Shown piece by piece: positions 29,248 through 43,484 of a stretch of 64,000 nt of DNA (position 1 is its first letter; each line of letters begins with the position of its first letter). The notes below the pieces were generated by a model that did not search any database, was not told where the DNA came from, and saw only the letters and a list, made by a program, of their open reading frames with translations. This DNA is from Eledone cirrhosa (lineage: Eukaryota), in the NCBI GenBank assembly GCA_964016885.1, contig OZ024747.1, positions 77,066,001 to 77,130,000 on the forward strand. The letters run 5' to 3'. The position numbers were made by a program, and so were the translations under genes.

Positions 29248-29868
29248 CTCATCGAAAAACACTTCCCACTACAACACCGCTACCACAACATAATCAACAA
29301 AAATACCATCAAACTCTCCTACAGCACCACACCTAACTTTGCACAAAACATCGTCTCCTCTAACAACAAAAAACTCAACCCCTATGGAAGAAATAACCTT
29401 AATAGCAGTGGAGAGCCGACCAGGAGGTGCAACTGTCCTGATGGATCCATTTTCCCCCTCGACAACAGATGCAGAGATCGTAATGTGATCTACCAGTGCA
29501 ACGTGAGGACGGACACCTCCAACAAAGCTTATATAGGATTAACCGTATGTGACTTCAAGACCCGGCTATACCAACACAGACATACTTTCCGAAACCCGGC
29601 CCGGCGTCACGCCACCACACTTTCGGGCCACATCTAGGACCTCAAAGATAATAATATTACCTATGATCTCACTTGGAGCTTACTGTCCAGAGCCAACTCT
29701 TACACGGGAGGACGCCGTCTGTGCAATCTATGCTCGGAGGAAACTTTACAAATGCTGTTTTCGAAGGACCAACTCCTAAACAAGAAAGACGAACTGGTAA
29801 CCGCATGCAAACACAGATTGCGTAGGACTTACCTCGCCCTCAAACCCCATAATGACTCGGAGGGTTAG
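29248..29868 (+). pseudogene. PLE linker plus GIY-YIG endonuclease, one in-frame stop at 29635
   Basis: [87 protein letters not shown]. Confidence 0.88.
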
Positions 29869-30865
29869 ACAAGGGCTGTAACACCCCACTTGCCGACTTT
29901 GTAATGGGTAACCCCTGCTTGCAAAGGTAGACGTAAGATTTTCTCTTATATCTTTTTATCGTTTCCTCTATATTTCCTTCTTCCCCCCATCCCTCCTTGG
30001 TCCTTCCACCCCAGTTCTCCCTCTTTGTCGTCGTCCTTTTCACTTTACCGCCCACCCTGAGGCAGCCCTTCGGTCCTTTGTAGCCTCAGTACCCCCACCC
30101 CCATCCCTATTATATGATAGAATTGGCCGACTCCGCTTTTTATAGCAGATGTGATAGACCCCAGATACTTGCTTTCTTACACGATGGCTGCCCTATTTCT
30201 GAGCTTTCTACTTTTCTTAGTGGTTTCTCTGCTTTAGATTCTCGTATATCAGTATTTATTTATTTATTTTTTATTTGTATCGTAGCGGCACCCTTATATA
30301 TAGTATTAGTATTCTTTTTCGGGATTCTGAATTATTATCTCGCATTAGTTTCGGGACTCTGAATTATTATTTCGTAATAGTTTCTTTAGTATTTTGGCCC
30401 CCTACTTGTTGACCCGTCACTGTAAGATAGATTCGGTTGATTAATACTAACTCATAATATTCTCACACTATAATTCCAACACACCTAGTAAACTTTCTAT
30501 AGTTTAGCAGTACCAGTGAGAGACTTGATGATGATGGTAAGGGAATAGTAACCAGAAATTGTTTTTTATATTTTTAACATTGTTATTATTCTTCTATATA
30601 TTTACTCCATATTGATTTACTTACTGTTTCTACTTCCTCCTCCTCCCTCTCCCTAGTATACTTTCTTCACCTCCTGCCCTTAGGATCCTGCTGTGGTTGG
30701 CACTATCAACGCACGGCTGGGTTTCCTCCCCTCCCTCTTCTTCTTTATTCTACTGGCAGGTTCAGCTACCCCTTCCTTCCACAAATTGCCATGATAGAAT
30801 TATGTGTCTCAACAACAAACTTTTGACCAATCCTTGTGACAATCACTTTTACCATATATGGAATT

Positions 30866-30961
30866 ACCCCCTGAGAAGCTCGGCTATTCATGTACCAGGA
30901 TAAAAATTTTCATTTAGTCCAGAATTACCCGTCGAAACGGCTTGAGCTCAGCCGTCGGGGT
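30866..30961 (+). ncRNA. Decayed type I hammerhead with long stem II and 6-bp stem III
   Basis: acccc-CTGAGAA(core damaged)-...gtc-GAAACGGCT tgagctc AGCCGTC-ggggt. Confidence 0.6.
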
Positions 30962-30971
30962 CCTACTCGTT

Positions 30972-31043
<72 letters not shown>

Positions 31044-31071
31044 TGCATATACATATATGTACAGTGACGTC

Positions 31072-31192
31072 GCAACTCATTTATACAGCTGAGTAAACAG
31101 GAGCAACGCGAAATAAAGTGTCTTGTTCAAGGACACAACGCGTCACCCGCTCCGGGAATCGAACTAACAACCACTAAACCATGCGCCTTCAC
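31072..31192 (-). mobile_element. Partial tRNA-derived CORE-type SINE
   Basis: Reverse complement of the head/core at 38263-38390 (cagctgagtaaac.ggagcaacg.gaaataaagtgtcttg.tcaagga.acaac; B-box ttcgattccc). Confidence 0.7.
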
Positions 31193-31232
31193 ACACACAT
31201 ACACACACATACATACACACACACACACACAC

Positions 31233-31307
<75 letters not shown>

Positions 31308-31414
31308 TATACATGTGTGTGTGTGTTTAATTTGAGGGAGATTTGGCTGCTATATCTAGCAGGACTAGCTACACCCCCACAATAACGACTCGTTTTTAAG
31401 GATAGACTGATATT

Positions 31415-32035
31415 TGCGTTGTTGTTGCTGTTGTTTTTACTGTCTTTGTTGTTGTTACTGTTGTTGTTGGTATTGCTGTTGTTGTTACTGTTGTTGTTAC
31501 CGTTGTTGTTACTGTCGTTTTGATGTTGCTGCCGTTGTTACTGTTGTTGCCGTCATCGTTGTTGCCGTCATCGTTGTTGTTGTTGTTATGTTGTTGTTGT
31601 TACTGTTGCCGTCGCCGTCATCGTTGTTGTTGTTGTTACTGTTGTTACTGTTGTTACTGTTGCCGTCGCCGTCATCGTTGTTGCTGTTGTTGTTGTTGTT
31701 ACTGTTGCCGTCGCCGTCATCGTTACTGTTGCCGTCGCCGTCATCGTTGTTGTTGTTGTTGCTGTTGTTGTTGTTGTTACTGTTGCCGTCGCCGTCATCG
31801 TTGTTGCTGTTGTTGTTGTTGTTACTGTTGCCGTCGCCGTCATCGTTGTTGTTGTTGTTGCTGTTGTTACTGTTGCCGTCGCCGTCATCGTTGTTGTTGT
31901 TGTTTTTACTGTTGCCGTCGCCGTCATCGTTGTTGTTGTTGTTGCTGTTGTTAATGTTGCCGTCATCGTTGTTGTTGTTATTGTTGTTACTGTTGCCGTC
32001 GCCGTCATTGTTGTTGTTGTTGTTGTTGTTGTTAC
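31415..32035. repeat. (GTT)n compound repeat with recurring actgttgccgtcgccgtcatc unit
   Basis: Direct reading. Confidence 0.92.
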
Positions 32036-32134
32036 AATCGGTTCTATTGTTGTATTCAATGTTATTCTTGTTGTTAATTATGCTGTTTAAAATACCGTCC
32101 TTCTCTCTACTTCCCCCGGTTCCCGGCCACACCA

Positions 32135-35100
32135 CATCCCTACCCCGGTTCCCGGCAACACCTCATCTCTACCCCAGTATCCGGCAACACCTCATCCCTA
32201 CCCCGGTAACACCTCATCCCTACCCCGGCAACACCTCATCCCTACCCCGGTAACACCTCATCCCTACCTCGGCAACACCTCATCCCTACCCTGGTAACAC
32301 CTCATCCCTACCCCAGTAACACCTCATCCCTACCCCGGTAACACCTCATCCCTACCCTGGTAACACCTCATCCCTACCCCGGTAACACCTCATTCCTACC
32401 CCGGCAACACCTCATCCCTACCCCGGTAACACCTCATCCCTACCCCGGTAACACCTCATCCCTACCCTGGTAACACCTCATCCCTACCCCAGTAACACCT
32501 CATCCCTACCCCGGTAACACCTCATCCCTACCTCGGCAACACCTCATCCCTACCCCGGTAACACCTCATCCCTACCCCGGTAACACCTCATCCCTACCCT
32601 GGTAACACCTCATCCCTACCCCGGTAACACCTCATCCCTACCCCTGCAACACCTCATCCCTACCCCGGTAACACCTCATCCCTACCCCGGTAACACCTCA
32701 TCCCTACCTCGGCAACACCTCATCCCTACCCCGGTAACACCTCATCCCTACCTCGGCAACACCTCATCCCTACCCCGGTAACACCTCATCCCTACCCTGG
32801 TAACACCTCATCCCTACCCTGGTAACACCTCATCCCTACCCCGGCAACACCTCATCCCTACCCTGGTAACACCTCATCCCTACCCCGGCAACACCTCATC
32901 CCTACCCTGGTAACACCTCATCCCTACCCCAGTAACACCTCATCCCTACCCCGGTAACACCTCATCCCTACCTCGGCAACACCTCATCCCTACCCCTGCA
33001 ACACCTCATCCCTACCCCGGTAACACCTCATCCCTACCCCGGTAACACCTCATCCCTACCCTGGTAACACCTCATCCCTACCCCGGTAACACCTCATCCC
33101 TACCTCGGCAACACCTCATCCCTACCCTGGTAACACCTCATCCCTACCCCGGCAACACCTCATCCCTACCCTGGTAACACCTCATCCCTACCCCGGCAAC
33201 ACCTCATCCCTACCCTGGTAACACCTCATCCCTACCCCAGTAACACCTCATCCCTACCCCAGTAACACCTCATCCCTACCTCGGCAACACCTCATCCCTA
33301 CCCCTGCAACACCTCATCCCTACCCCGGTAACACCTCATCCCTACCCCGGTAACACCTCATCCCTACCTCGGCAACACCTCATCCCTACCCCTGCAACAC
33401 CTCATCCCTACCCCGGTAACACCTCATCCCTACCCCGGTAACACCTCATCCCTACCCTGGTAACACCTCATCCCTACCCCGGTAACACCTCATCCCTACC
33501 CCGGTAGCACCTCATCCCTACCTCGGCAACACCTCATCCCCCTACCCCGGTAACACCTCATCCCTACCCCGGTAACACCTCATCCCTACCCTGGTAACAC
33601 CTCATCCCTACCCTGGTAACACCTCATCCCTACCCCGGTAACACCTCATCCCTACCCCGGTAACACCTCATCCCTACCCCGGTAACACCTCATCCCTACC
33701 CCGGTAACACCTCATCCCTACCCCGGTAACACCTCATCCCTACCCTGGTAACACCTCATCCCTACCCTGGTAACACCTCATCCCTACCCCGGTAACACCT
33801 CATCCCTACCCTGGTAACACCTCATCCCTACCCCGGTAACACCTCATCCCTACCCCGGTAACACCTCATCCCTACCCCGGTAACACCTCATCCCTACCCC
33901 GGTAACACCTCATCCCTACCCCGGTAACACCTCATCCCTACCCTGGTAACACCTCATCCCTACCCTGGTAACACCTCATCCCTACCCCGGTAACACCTCA
34001 TCCCTACCCTGGTAACACCTCATCCCTACCCCGGTAACACCTCATCGCTACCCCGGTAACACCTCATCCCTACCCCGGTAACACCTCATCGCTACCCCGG
34101 TAACACCTCATCCTTACCCCGGTAACACCTCATCGCTACCCCGGCAACACCTCATCCCTACCCCGGTAACACCTCATCCCTACCTCGGCAACACCTCATC
34201 CCTACCCCGGCAACACCTCATCCCTACCCCGGTAACACCTCATCGCTACCCCGGTAACACCTCATCCCTACCCTGGTAACACCTCATCCCTACCCCGGCA
34301 ACACCTCATCGCTACCCCGGTAACACCTCATCCCTACCCTGGTAACACCTCATCCCTACCCCGGTAACACCTCATCGCTACCCCGGTAACACCTCATCCC
34401 TACCCCGGTAACACCTCATCGCTACCCCGGTAACACCTCATCCCTACCTCGGCAACACCTCATCCCTACCTCGGCAACACCTCATCCCTACCCCGGTAAC
34501 ACCTCATCCCTACCCCGGTAACACCTCATCCCTACCCTGGTAACACCTCATCCCTACCCCGGCAACACCTCATCCCTACCCTGGTAACACCTCATCCCTA
34601 CCCCAGTAACACCTCATCCCTACCCCGGTAACACCTCATCCCTACCTCGGCAACACCTCATCCCTACCCCTGCAACACCTCATCCCTACCCCGGTAACAC
34701 CTCATCCCTACCCCGGTAACACCTCATCCCTACCTCGGCAACACCTCATCCCTACCCCTGCAACACCTCATCCCTACCCCGGTAACACCTCATCCCTACC
34801 CCGGTAACACCTCATCCCTACCCTGGTAACACCTCATCCCTACCCCGGTAACACCTCATCCCTACCCCGGTAGCACCTCATCCCTACCTCGGCAACACCT
34901 CATCCCCCTACCCCGGTAACACCTCATCCCTACCCCGGTAACACCTCATCCCTACCCTGGTAACACCTCATCCCTACCCCGGTAACACCTCATCCCTACC
35001 CCGGTAACACCTCATCCCTACCCCGGTAACACCTCATCCCTACCCCGGTAACACCTCATCCCTACCCCGGTAACACCTCATCCCTACCCTGGTAACACCT

Positions 35101-37128
35101 CATCCCTACCCTGGTAACACCTCATCCCTACCCCGGTAACACCTCATCCCTACCCTGGTAACACCTCATCCCTACCCCGGTAACACCTCATCCCTACCCC
35201 GGTAACACCTCATCCCTACCCCGGTAACACCTCATCCCTACCCCGGTAACACCTCATCCCTACCCCGGTAACACCTCATCCCTACCCTGGTAACACCTCA
35301 TCCCTACCCTGGTAACACCTCATCCCTACCCCGGTAACACCTCATCCCTACCCTGGTAACACCTCATCCCTACCCCGGTAACACCTCATCGCTACCCCGG
35401 TAACACCTCATCCCTACCCCGGTAACACCTCATCGCTACCCCGGTAACACCTCATCCTTACCCCGGTAACACCTCATCGCTACCCCGGCAACACCTCATC
35501 CCTACCCCGGTAACACCTCATCCCTACCTCGGCAACACCTCATCCCTACCCCGGCAACACCTCATCCCTACCCCGGTAACACCTCATCGCTACCCCGGTA
35601 ACACCTCATCCCTACCCTGGTAACACCTCATCCCTACCCCGGCAACACCTCATCGCTACCCCGGTAACACCTCATCCCTACCCTGGTAACACCTCATCCC
35701 TACCCCGGTAACACCTCATCGCTACCCCGGTAACACCTCATCCCTACCCCGGTAACACCTCATCGCTACCCCGGTAACACCTCATCCCTACCTCGGCAAC
35801 ACCTCATCCCTACCTCGGCAACACCTCATCCCTACCCCGGTAACACCTCATCCCTACCCCGGTAACACCTCATCCCTACCCTGGTAACACCTCATCCCTA
35901 CCCCGGTAACACCTCATCCCTACCCCGGTAACACCTCATCCCTACCCCGGTAACACCTCATCCCTACCCCGGTAACACCTCATCCCTACCCTGGTAACAC
36001 CTCATCCCTACCCTGGTAACACCTCATCCCTACCCCGGTAACACCTCATCCCTACCCTGGTAACACCTCATCCCTACCCCGGTAACACCTCATCCCTACC
36101 CCGGTAACACCTCATCCCTACCCCGGTAACACCTCATCCCTACCCCGGTAACACCTCATCCCTACCCCGGTAACACCTCATCCCTACCCCGGTAACACCT
36201 CATCCCTACCCTGGTAACACCTCATCCCTACCCTGGTAACACCTCATCCCTACCCCGGTAACACCTCATCCCTGCCCCGGTAACACCTCATCCCTACCCC
36301 GGTAACACCTCATCCCTACCCCGGTAACACCTCATCCCTACCCTGGTAACACCTCATCCCTACCCTGGTAACACCTCATCCCTACCCCGGTAACACCTCA
36401 TCCCTACCCTGGTAACACCTCATCCCTACCCCGGTAACACCTCATCGCTACCCCGGTAACACCTCATCCCTACCCCGGTAACACCTCATCGCTACCCCGG
36501 CAACACCTCATCCCTACCCCGGCAACACCTCATCCCTACCTCGGCAACACCTCATCCCTACCCCGGCAACACCTCATCCCTACCCCGGTAACACCTCATC
36601 GCTACCCCGGTAACACCTCATCCCTACCCTGGTAACACCTCATCCCTACCCCGGCAACACCTCATCGCTACCCCGGTAACACCTCATCCCTACCCTGGTA
36701 ACACCTCATCCCTACCCCGGTAACACCTCATCGCTACCCCGGTAACACCTCATCCCTACCCTGGTAACACCTCATCCCTACCCCGGCAACACCTCATCGC
36801 TACCCCGGTAACACCTCATCCCTACCCTGGTAACACCTCATCCCTACCCCGGTAACACCTCATCGCTACCCCGGTAACACCTCATCCCTACCCCGGTAAC
36901 ACCTCATCGCTACCCCGGTAACACCTCATCCCTACCTCGGCAACACCTCATCCCTACCTCGGCAACACCTCATCCCTACCCCGGTAACACCTCATCCCTA
37001 CCCCGGTAACACCTCATCCCTACCCTGGTAACACCTCATCCCTACCCCGGTAACACCTCATCCCTACCCCGGTAACACCTCATCCCTACCCCGGTAACAC
37101 CTCATCCCTACCCCGGTAACACCTCATC
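32135..37128. repeat. 22-bp minisatellite, roughly 225 copies
   Basis: Unit ggtaacacctcatccctacccc with few single-base variants. Confidence 0.97.
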
Positions 37129-37740
37129 GCCTCTAGCACGGGGATTCGTATTAGCTGTAGGGTGGGAACTTGTACAAGAACATCATTTATTGTTTGATGG
37201 ACGACAGATACTCCTTCACACATTGTCCTCCTCCCACTACCACCTCTTTCTCACGCATACATACACACACACTTTTACATACATATATACATACATACAC
37301 ATATACATACATAGACACACACATATACATACATATATACATACATACACACATACATACATATGTACATATATAAATACATATATATATATACATACAT
37401 ACATGCACACATACATTTATACACGCTCGTATACATACACACTTATATAAATGAATTATTAAATACATACATTCATAGAAGCATATATACTTTCACACAT
37501 ACACACACATAGCCACCGACACACACACACAGGCACACACATACACACAGACACACACACACACACACACACAGACACACACATACAGACACACACACAC
37601 ACAGACACATACACAGACACATTCACACACACAGACACACAGACACTCGAACACATCACACTCACACATCACACAGACACATTCACACACACATACACAC
37701 ACAGCCACAGACATACAGACACACTCGAACACATCACACT

Positions 37741-37773
<33 letters not shown>

Positions 37774-38020
37774 ACACACTTACATAGGTTCGCGGGTTCT
37801 AACGTACAATAGCGTAGTGGAACATCGCTTGAAGTAAAATTCCTTGTTTTCCGAAATAGCTTGCGGATGAAGCGAGGTCCTGTAGGCTATCAGCTGACAT
37901 ATATATAAGGGTGCTGGCAGGCATTTTCTACTGAATTAGTTCTCTCCCCTTCCATCTTATTGTTTGGGGGCATGTTGGCAGATGTGCTGAGCTGATAAGG
38001 GTATACACACACACACACAT

Positions 38021-38250
<230 letters not shown>

Positions 38251-38262
38251 GTGTGTGTGTGT

Positions 38263-38530
38263 TAGTTGTTAGGGCAGTAGGCTTGCAATCGAAAGGTTGT
38301 GAATTCAATTCTCGGATCGGGTGATGTGTTGTTTCCTTGAGCAAGACACTTTATTTCACGTTGTTCCAGTTTACTCAGCTGAAAATGAGTACCAGCAATA
38401 GCTGGAGGTTTAACCCTGCGATGGACTGGCGTCCTGTCCAGGGGGAGTCTTGTGCTCTCAGTCGCTTCACGCCATGATGCCGGGATAAGCACCGGCCAAA
38501 TGAGCCTTCTGGTTTAAGACAAACTTTAGA

Positions 38531-38532
<2 letters not shown>
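38263..38532 (+). mobile_element. tRNA-derived CORE-type SINE
   Basis: tRNA-like head (gttagggcagtaggcttgcaatcgaaaggttgtgaattcaattctc), CORE-like ccttgagcaagacactt...cagctgaaaatgagtacc, tail aaccctgcgatggactggcgtcctgtccaggggg. Confidence 0.75.
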
Positions 38533-38581
<49 letters not shown>

Positions 38582-38970
38582 TTGTTTGTGTGTGTGTGTG
38601 TGTGTGCTCAATTTTACACCCTCAAGCCGCCTTCAAATCATAGAAAAATACGCGCATGAATACAGAATGGCGGGCAGTGGTTAACTAAGGCCGGGTTACC
38701 CAGCTGATAGGATAGGCTGAAGGCTAGAGGGAGGTTAGGGGAAAGTTGGCTGTATTCAACAAAATAATACTTTATCTCACATTACTCCTTCTGCCAGGAG
38801 TTGCCACTGGAAGATAATATCAACAATGGTAAAACTAATGGAAATATGTTTTACCTTGGTCCTATCTGATGAACAGCTCCTTTGAACACCTGGAAGAGAA
38901 TAGGAGGAAGGCTAGAACAGGCTAAGGCTATGGTCACAGGTTCGAACCGTAGTCGGAGTAGAGAGTCAGA

Positions 38971-38971
<1 letters not shown>

Positions 38972-39001
<30 letters not shown>

Positions 39002-39090
39002 CTTCTTCTTCTTCTTCTTCTTCTTCTTCTTCTTCTTCTTCTTCTTCTTCTTCTTCTTCTTCGTCGTCGTCGTCGTCGTCGTCCTCGTCT
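38972..39090. repeat. (CTT)n-(CGT)n microsatellite
   Basis: Direct reading. Confidence 0.95.
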
Positions 39091-39184
39091 TCGAACAGAT
39101 AAAAGAAAGAGCGAGCAACAACGACAACAACACCAACACATACAATAATCAGTCGCTCGTGGCCAATGTTATATATATATATAT

Positions 39185-39242
<58 letters not shown>

Positions 39243-39416
39243 GCCAAAACCTGTATGAGCTTGAGGGCAGGAAGCCTTTCACTCCTGGTCATAAGCAGTC
39301 AGGAAGTCAAAGGGTGACCTCATTAAGACCACATCGATAGCGCCGTATGGCGGAGCCTAGAAAAGCCATAAGCTATGTCCCATCTGTGACTTATTAATTA
39401 GTAGATAAAATATCAG

Positions 39417-40876
39417 CTACACCACCACTGCCACCACTACCATCACCACCACCACTACCACCACCATCACTACCACTGCCACTACTACCATCACCACCGC
39501 TGCCACCACTACCATCACCACCACCACTACCATCACCATCACTACCACTGCCACTACTACCATCACCACCGCTGCCACCACTACCATCACCACAACTACT
39601 ACCAACATCCCCACCACTACCATCACCACCACCACTACCACCACCATCACTACCACTGCCACTACTACCATCACCACCGCTGCCACCACTACCATCACCA
39701 CCACCACTACCACCACCATCACTACCACTGCCACCACTACCATCACCACCACCACTACCACCACCATCACTACCACTGCCACCACTACCATCACCACCAC
39801 CACTACCACCACCATCACTACCACTGCCACCACTACCATCACCACCACCACTACCACCACCATCACTACCACTGCCACCACTACCATCACCACCACCACT
39901 ACCACCACCATCACTACCACTGCCACCACTACCATCACCACCACCACTACCACCACCATCACTACCACTGCCACCACTACCATCACCACCACCACTACCA
40001 CCACCATCACTACCACTGCCACCACTACCATCACCACCACCACTACCACCACCATCACTACCACTGCCACCACTACCATCACCACCACCACTACCACCAC
40101 CATCACTACCACTGCCACCACTACCATCACCACCACCACTACCACCACCATCACTACCACTGCCACCACTACCATCACCACCACCACTACCACCACCATC
40201 ACTACCACTGCCACCACTACCATCACCACCACCACTACCACCACCATCACTACCACTGCCACCACTACCATCACCACCACCACTACCACCACCATCACTA
40301 CCACTGCCACCACTACCATCACCACCACCACTACCACCACCATCACTACCACTGCCACCACTACCATCACCACCACCACTACCACCACCATCACTACCAC
40401 TGCCACCACTACCATCACCACCACCACTACCACCACCATCACTACCACTGCCACCACTACCATCACCACCACCACTACCACCACCATCACTACCACTGCC
40501 ACCACTACCATCACCACCACCACTACCATCACCATCACTACCACTGCCACTACTACCATCACCACCACCACTACCACTACCATCACTACCACTGCCACCA
40601 CTACCATCACCACCACCACTACCACCACCATCACTACCACTGCCACCACTACCATCACCACCACCACTACCACCACCATCACTACCACTGCCACCACTAC
40701 CATCACCACCACCACTACCACCACCATCACTACCACTGCCACCACTACCATCACCACCACCACTACCACCACCATCACTACCACTGCCACCACTACCATC
40801 ACCACCACCACTACCATCACCATCACTACCACTGCCACTACTACCATCACCACCACCACTACCACTACCATCACCA
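39417..40876. repeat. 48-bp (ACC)-derived homogeneous minisatellite
   Basis: Unit accactaccaccaccatcactaccactgccaccactaccatcaccacc; minus strand reads (GSGGGDGSGGSGSDGG)n. Confidence 0.95.
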
Positions 40877-40924
40877 GCGGGACTCATGTGTAGTGCCTGC
40901 AAAAATCCAGCAGGAATTGAGATG

Positions 40925-40996
<72 letters not shown>

Positions 40997-40999
<3 letters not shown>

Positions 41000-41242
41000 T
41001 ATGCATGTATGTATACGTACATACATATATGTATACAGACGTACAGTAGTATGTATATATATACATGCACACATATATATATACGTGCATATATATATGT
41101 GTGCATGTATGTATATATATATATATACATACTACTGTACGTCTGTATACATATATGTATGTACGTATACATACATGCATACTTACATTTAAGTAAGTGT
41201 CGTATTAAGAGTGAGAAATGAAATTTCGTTTCATTCTATTCC

Positions 41243-41247
<5 letters not shown>
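40997..41247. mobile_element. Palindromic insert in (TA)n, same family as 58917-59610
   Basis: aagtatgcatgtatgtatacgtacatacatatatgtatacagacgtacagtagtatg and its reverse complement; tail taagagtgagaaatgaaatttcgtttcattctattcc. Confidence 0.65.
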
Positions 41248-41320
<73 letters not shown>

Positions 41321-41365
41321 AAGTTAAATAAAAAGTTAAATGTTTAAAATTTAGCTTCGTTTATT

Positions 41366-41420
41366 ACTGTTATATATATTTCAGTGAAAGCCATCTTTGG
41401 CTGTGACCTCTTCAGGCAGT
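41366..41420 (-). ncRNA. Hammerhead motif (inverted arm)
   Basis: Reverse-complement copy of 41642-41696 with two substitutions. Confidence 0.72.
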
Positions 41421-41641
41421 CCGAAGAGCGAACTTCTATAGACTTTTGAATGAGGAATGTTCTAACAACTGACCAATGAGAGGAGAAGAGGCCCTTTGAC
41501 ACTGAAATTCGTTTGTTTGAATTCATATGATTCCAGTTCCTCACTGAAATAACAACCCAACCAGGAACTGGGCATATCAGAGTATTGACAAAATTATACA
41601 CCTGAACAACATATGTACTTGTCTATACCACACTAATTCGG

Positions 41642-41696
41642 ACTGCCTGAAGAGGTCACAGCCAAAGATGGCTGTCACTGAAATATATATAGCAGT
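41642..41696 (+). ncRNA. Type I minimal hammerhead ribozyme motif
   Basis: actgc-CTGAAGA-ggtcacagcca aaga tggctgtcact-GAAA-tatata-TA-gcagt, followed by aataaa. Confidence 0.82.
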
Positions 41697-41865
41697 AATA
41701 AACGAAGCTAAATTTTATACATTTGACTTTTTATTTAATTTTATTTTACATTACTCCGGAGTAACCAAACCAACCTGCGCACTTCGTCGAGTGCTCCAGC
41801 CTGCATATTGAGGTGTTGGTATACAACCAACATATACTCAAAATCTCTCTCTATATATATATATA

Positions 41866-42070
41866 TAAGTATATATAAACCCGTTGATCAAATATATATA
41901 ATTAGTACAGATTAAAGTTTAAGCAAAGTATTTCAACAGATGCTGTATAGGGTGAAAGCAGAAATTCTTTGCTTAAACTTTAATCTACACTGATCATATA
42001 TATTTGATCTACAGGTTTATATATATTTATAAATATATATACAATCCTTATCGAGCCCTCTTCGGATGAA
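41866..42070. mobile_element. Fold-back mini-element; related minus-strand fragment at 60895-60990
   Basis: Arms ~41869-41933 / 41961-42025; tail atccttatcgagccctcttcggat is the reverse complement of 60900-60923. Confidence 0.6.
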
Positions 42071-42074
42071 CCAC

Positions 42075-42318
42075 TTATAACAGAATGACAGATTAAACGA
42101 GGAATACGAAACAGGTATAACAGAATGACAGAATAAACCAGGAATACAAAACAGGTATAAGTGAGTGACAGAATAAACCAGGAATACGAAACAGGTATAA
42201 GTGAGTGACAGAATATACCAGGAATACGAAACAGGTATAAGTGAGTGACAGAATATACCAGGAATGGATAAGAGAATGACAGATTAAACTAGGAATACGA
42301 AACAGTTATAAGAGAATG
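42075..42318. repeat. 40-bp minisatellite, about 6 copies
   Basis: gacagaataaaccaggaatacgaaacaggtataagtgagt at 42087, 42127, 42167, 42207, 42247. Confidence 0.9.
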
Positions 42319-42792
42319 TGATGTTAACCAGTTGTGTCAGTTTTAACGTCTGCTCAACGTTAGTTAGACCATGGAAGGAGCCAATAAATGTAAATATAGA
42401 CACATTGATAAATTGCCAAATAAGAAAATTTTACACAAACAATAAAACAATAATAAAAATAAAGTTTTGAATCAATAATGCATACATAATATTGTATGTG
42501 TATATTCTGGCCTAAATCTCGAACTTTCTGAAACAATGGTGTTGGTTGTTGTGGTGGTGTTGGTGGTGTTGGTGGTGGTGGTGATGGTGGTGGTGGTGGT
42601 GGTGGTGGTGGTGGTAGTGTTATTGATGGTGGAGGTGATGTTGGTGGTGATGTTGGTGGTGATTTGGGTGGTAGTGGTGGTGGTGTTTGTGGTGTTGGTG
42701 GTCTGTTGTGTTTTTTTTCAGTTTGCTTTCACCACCACATACACAACACACACTCACACACATACACACAAATATATATACTGCATATACAC

Positions 42793-42826
<34 letters not shown>

Positions 42827-42831
42827 CGAGC

Positions 42832-43300
<469 letters not shown>

Positions 43301-43436
43301 TATATATAATTAAAAGAAATTATACTCTGTCCCCTTTCCTAAGGTGTTAATATATCGAGCTTCTTCGCATTTAGTAACAAAGTGGTATTATACCCAATTT
43401 ATTCATCTCTCTCTCACACACATATATATATATTTT

Positions 43437-43479
<43 letters not shown>

Positions 43480-43484
<5 letters not shown>

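Larger units (their letters stand above)
29248..30974 (+). mobile_element. 5'-truncated Penelope-like element ending in a hammerhead motif and (TA)n
   Basis: GIY-YIG pseudo-ORF, ~1-kb 3' UTR, HHR-like end shared with four short copies elsewhere in the window. Confidence 0.8.
41315..41850. mobile_element. Fold-back mini-element, ~110-bp arms each with a hammerhead
   Basis: Arms 41315-41425 / 41637-41747; (TA)n both sides; bulged hairpin 41753-41792. Confidence 0.82.

Noticed and set aside
32135-37128. Telomeric or CRISPR array
   Set aside because: Contains TAGGG but not tandem TTAGGG, and there are no unique spacers.
38263-38330. tRNA gene
   Set aside because: Degenerate tRNA-like SINE head that continues into a CORE domain; no full cloverleaf.
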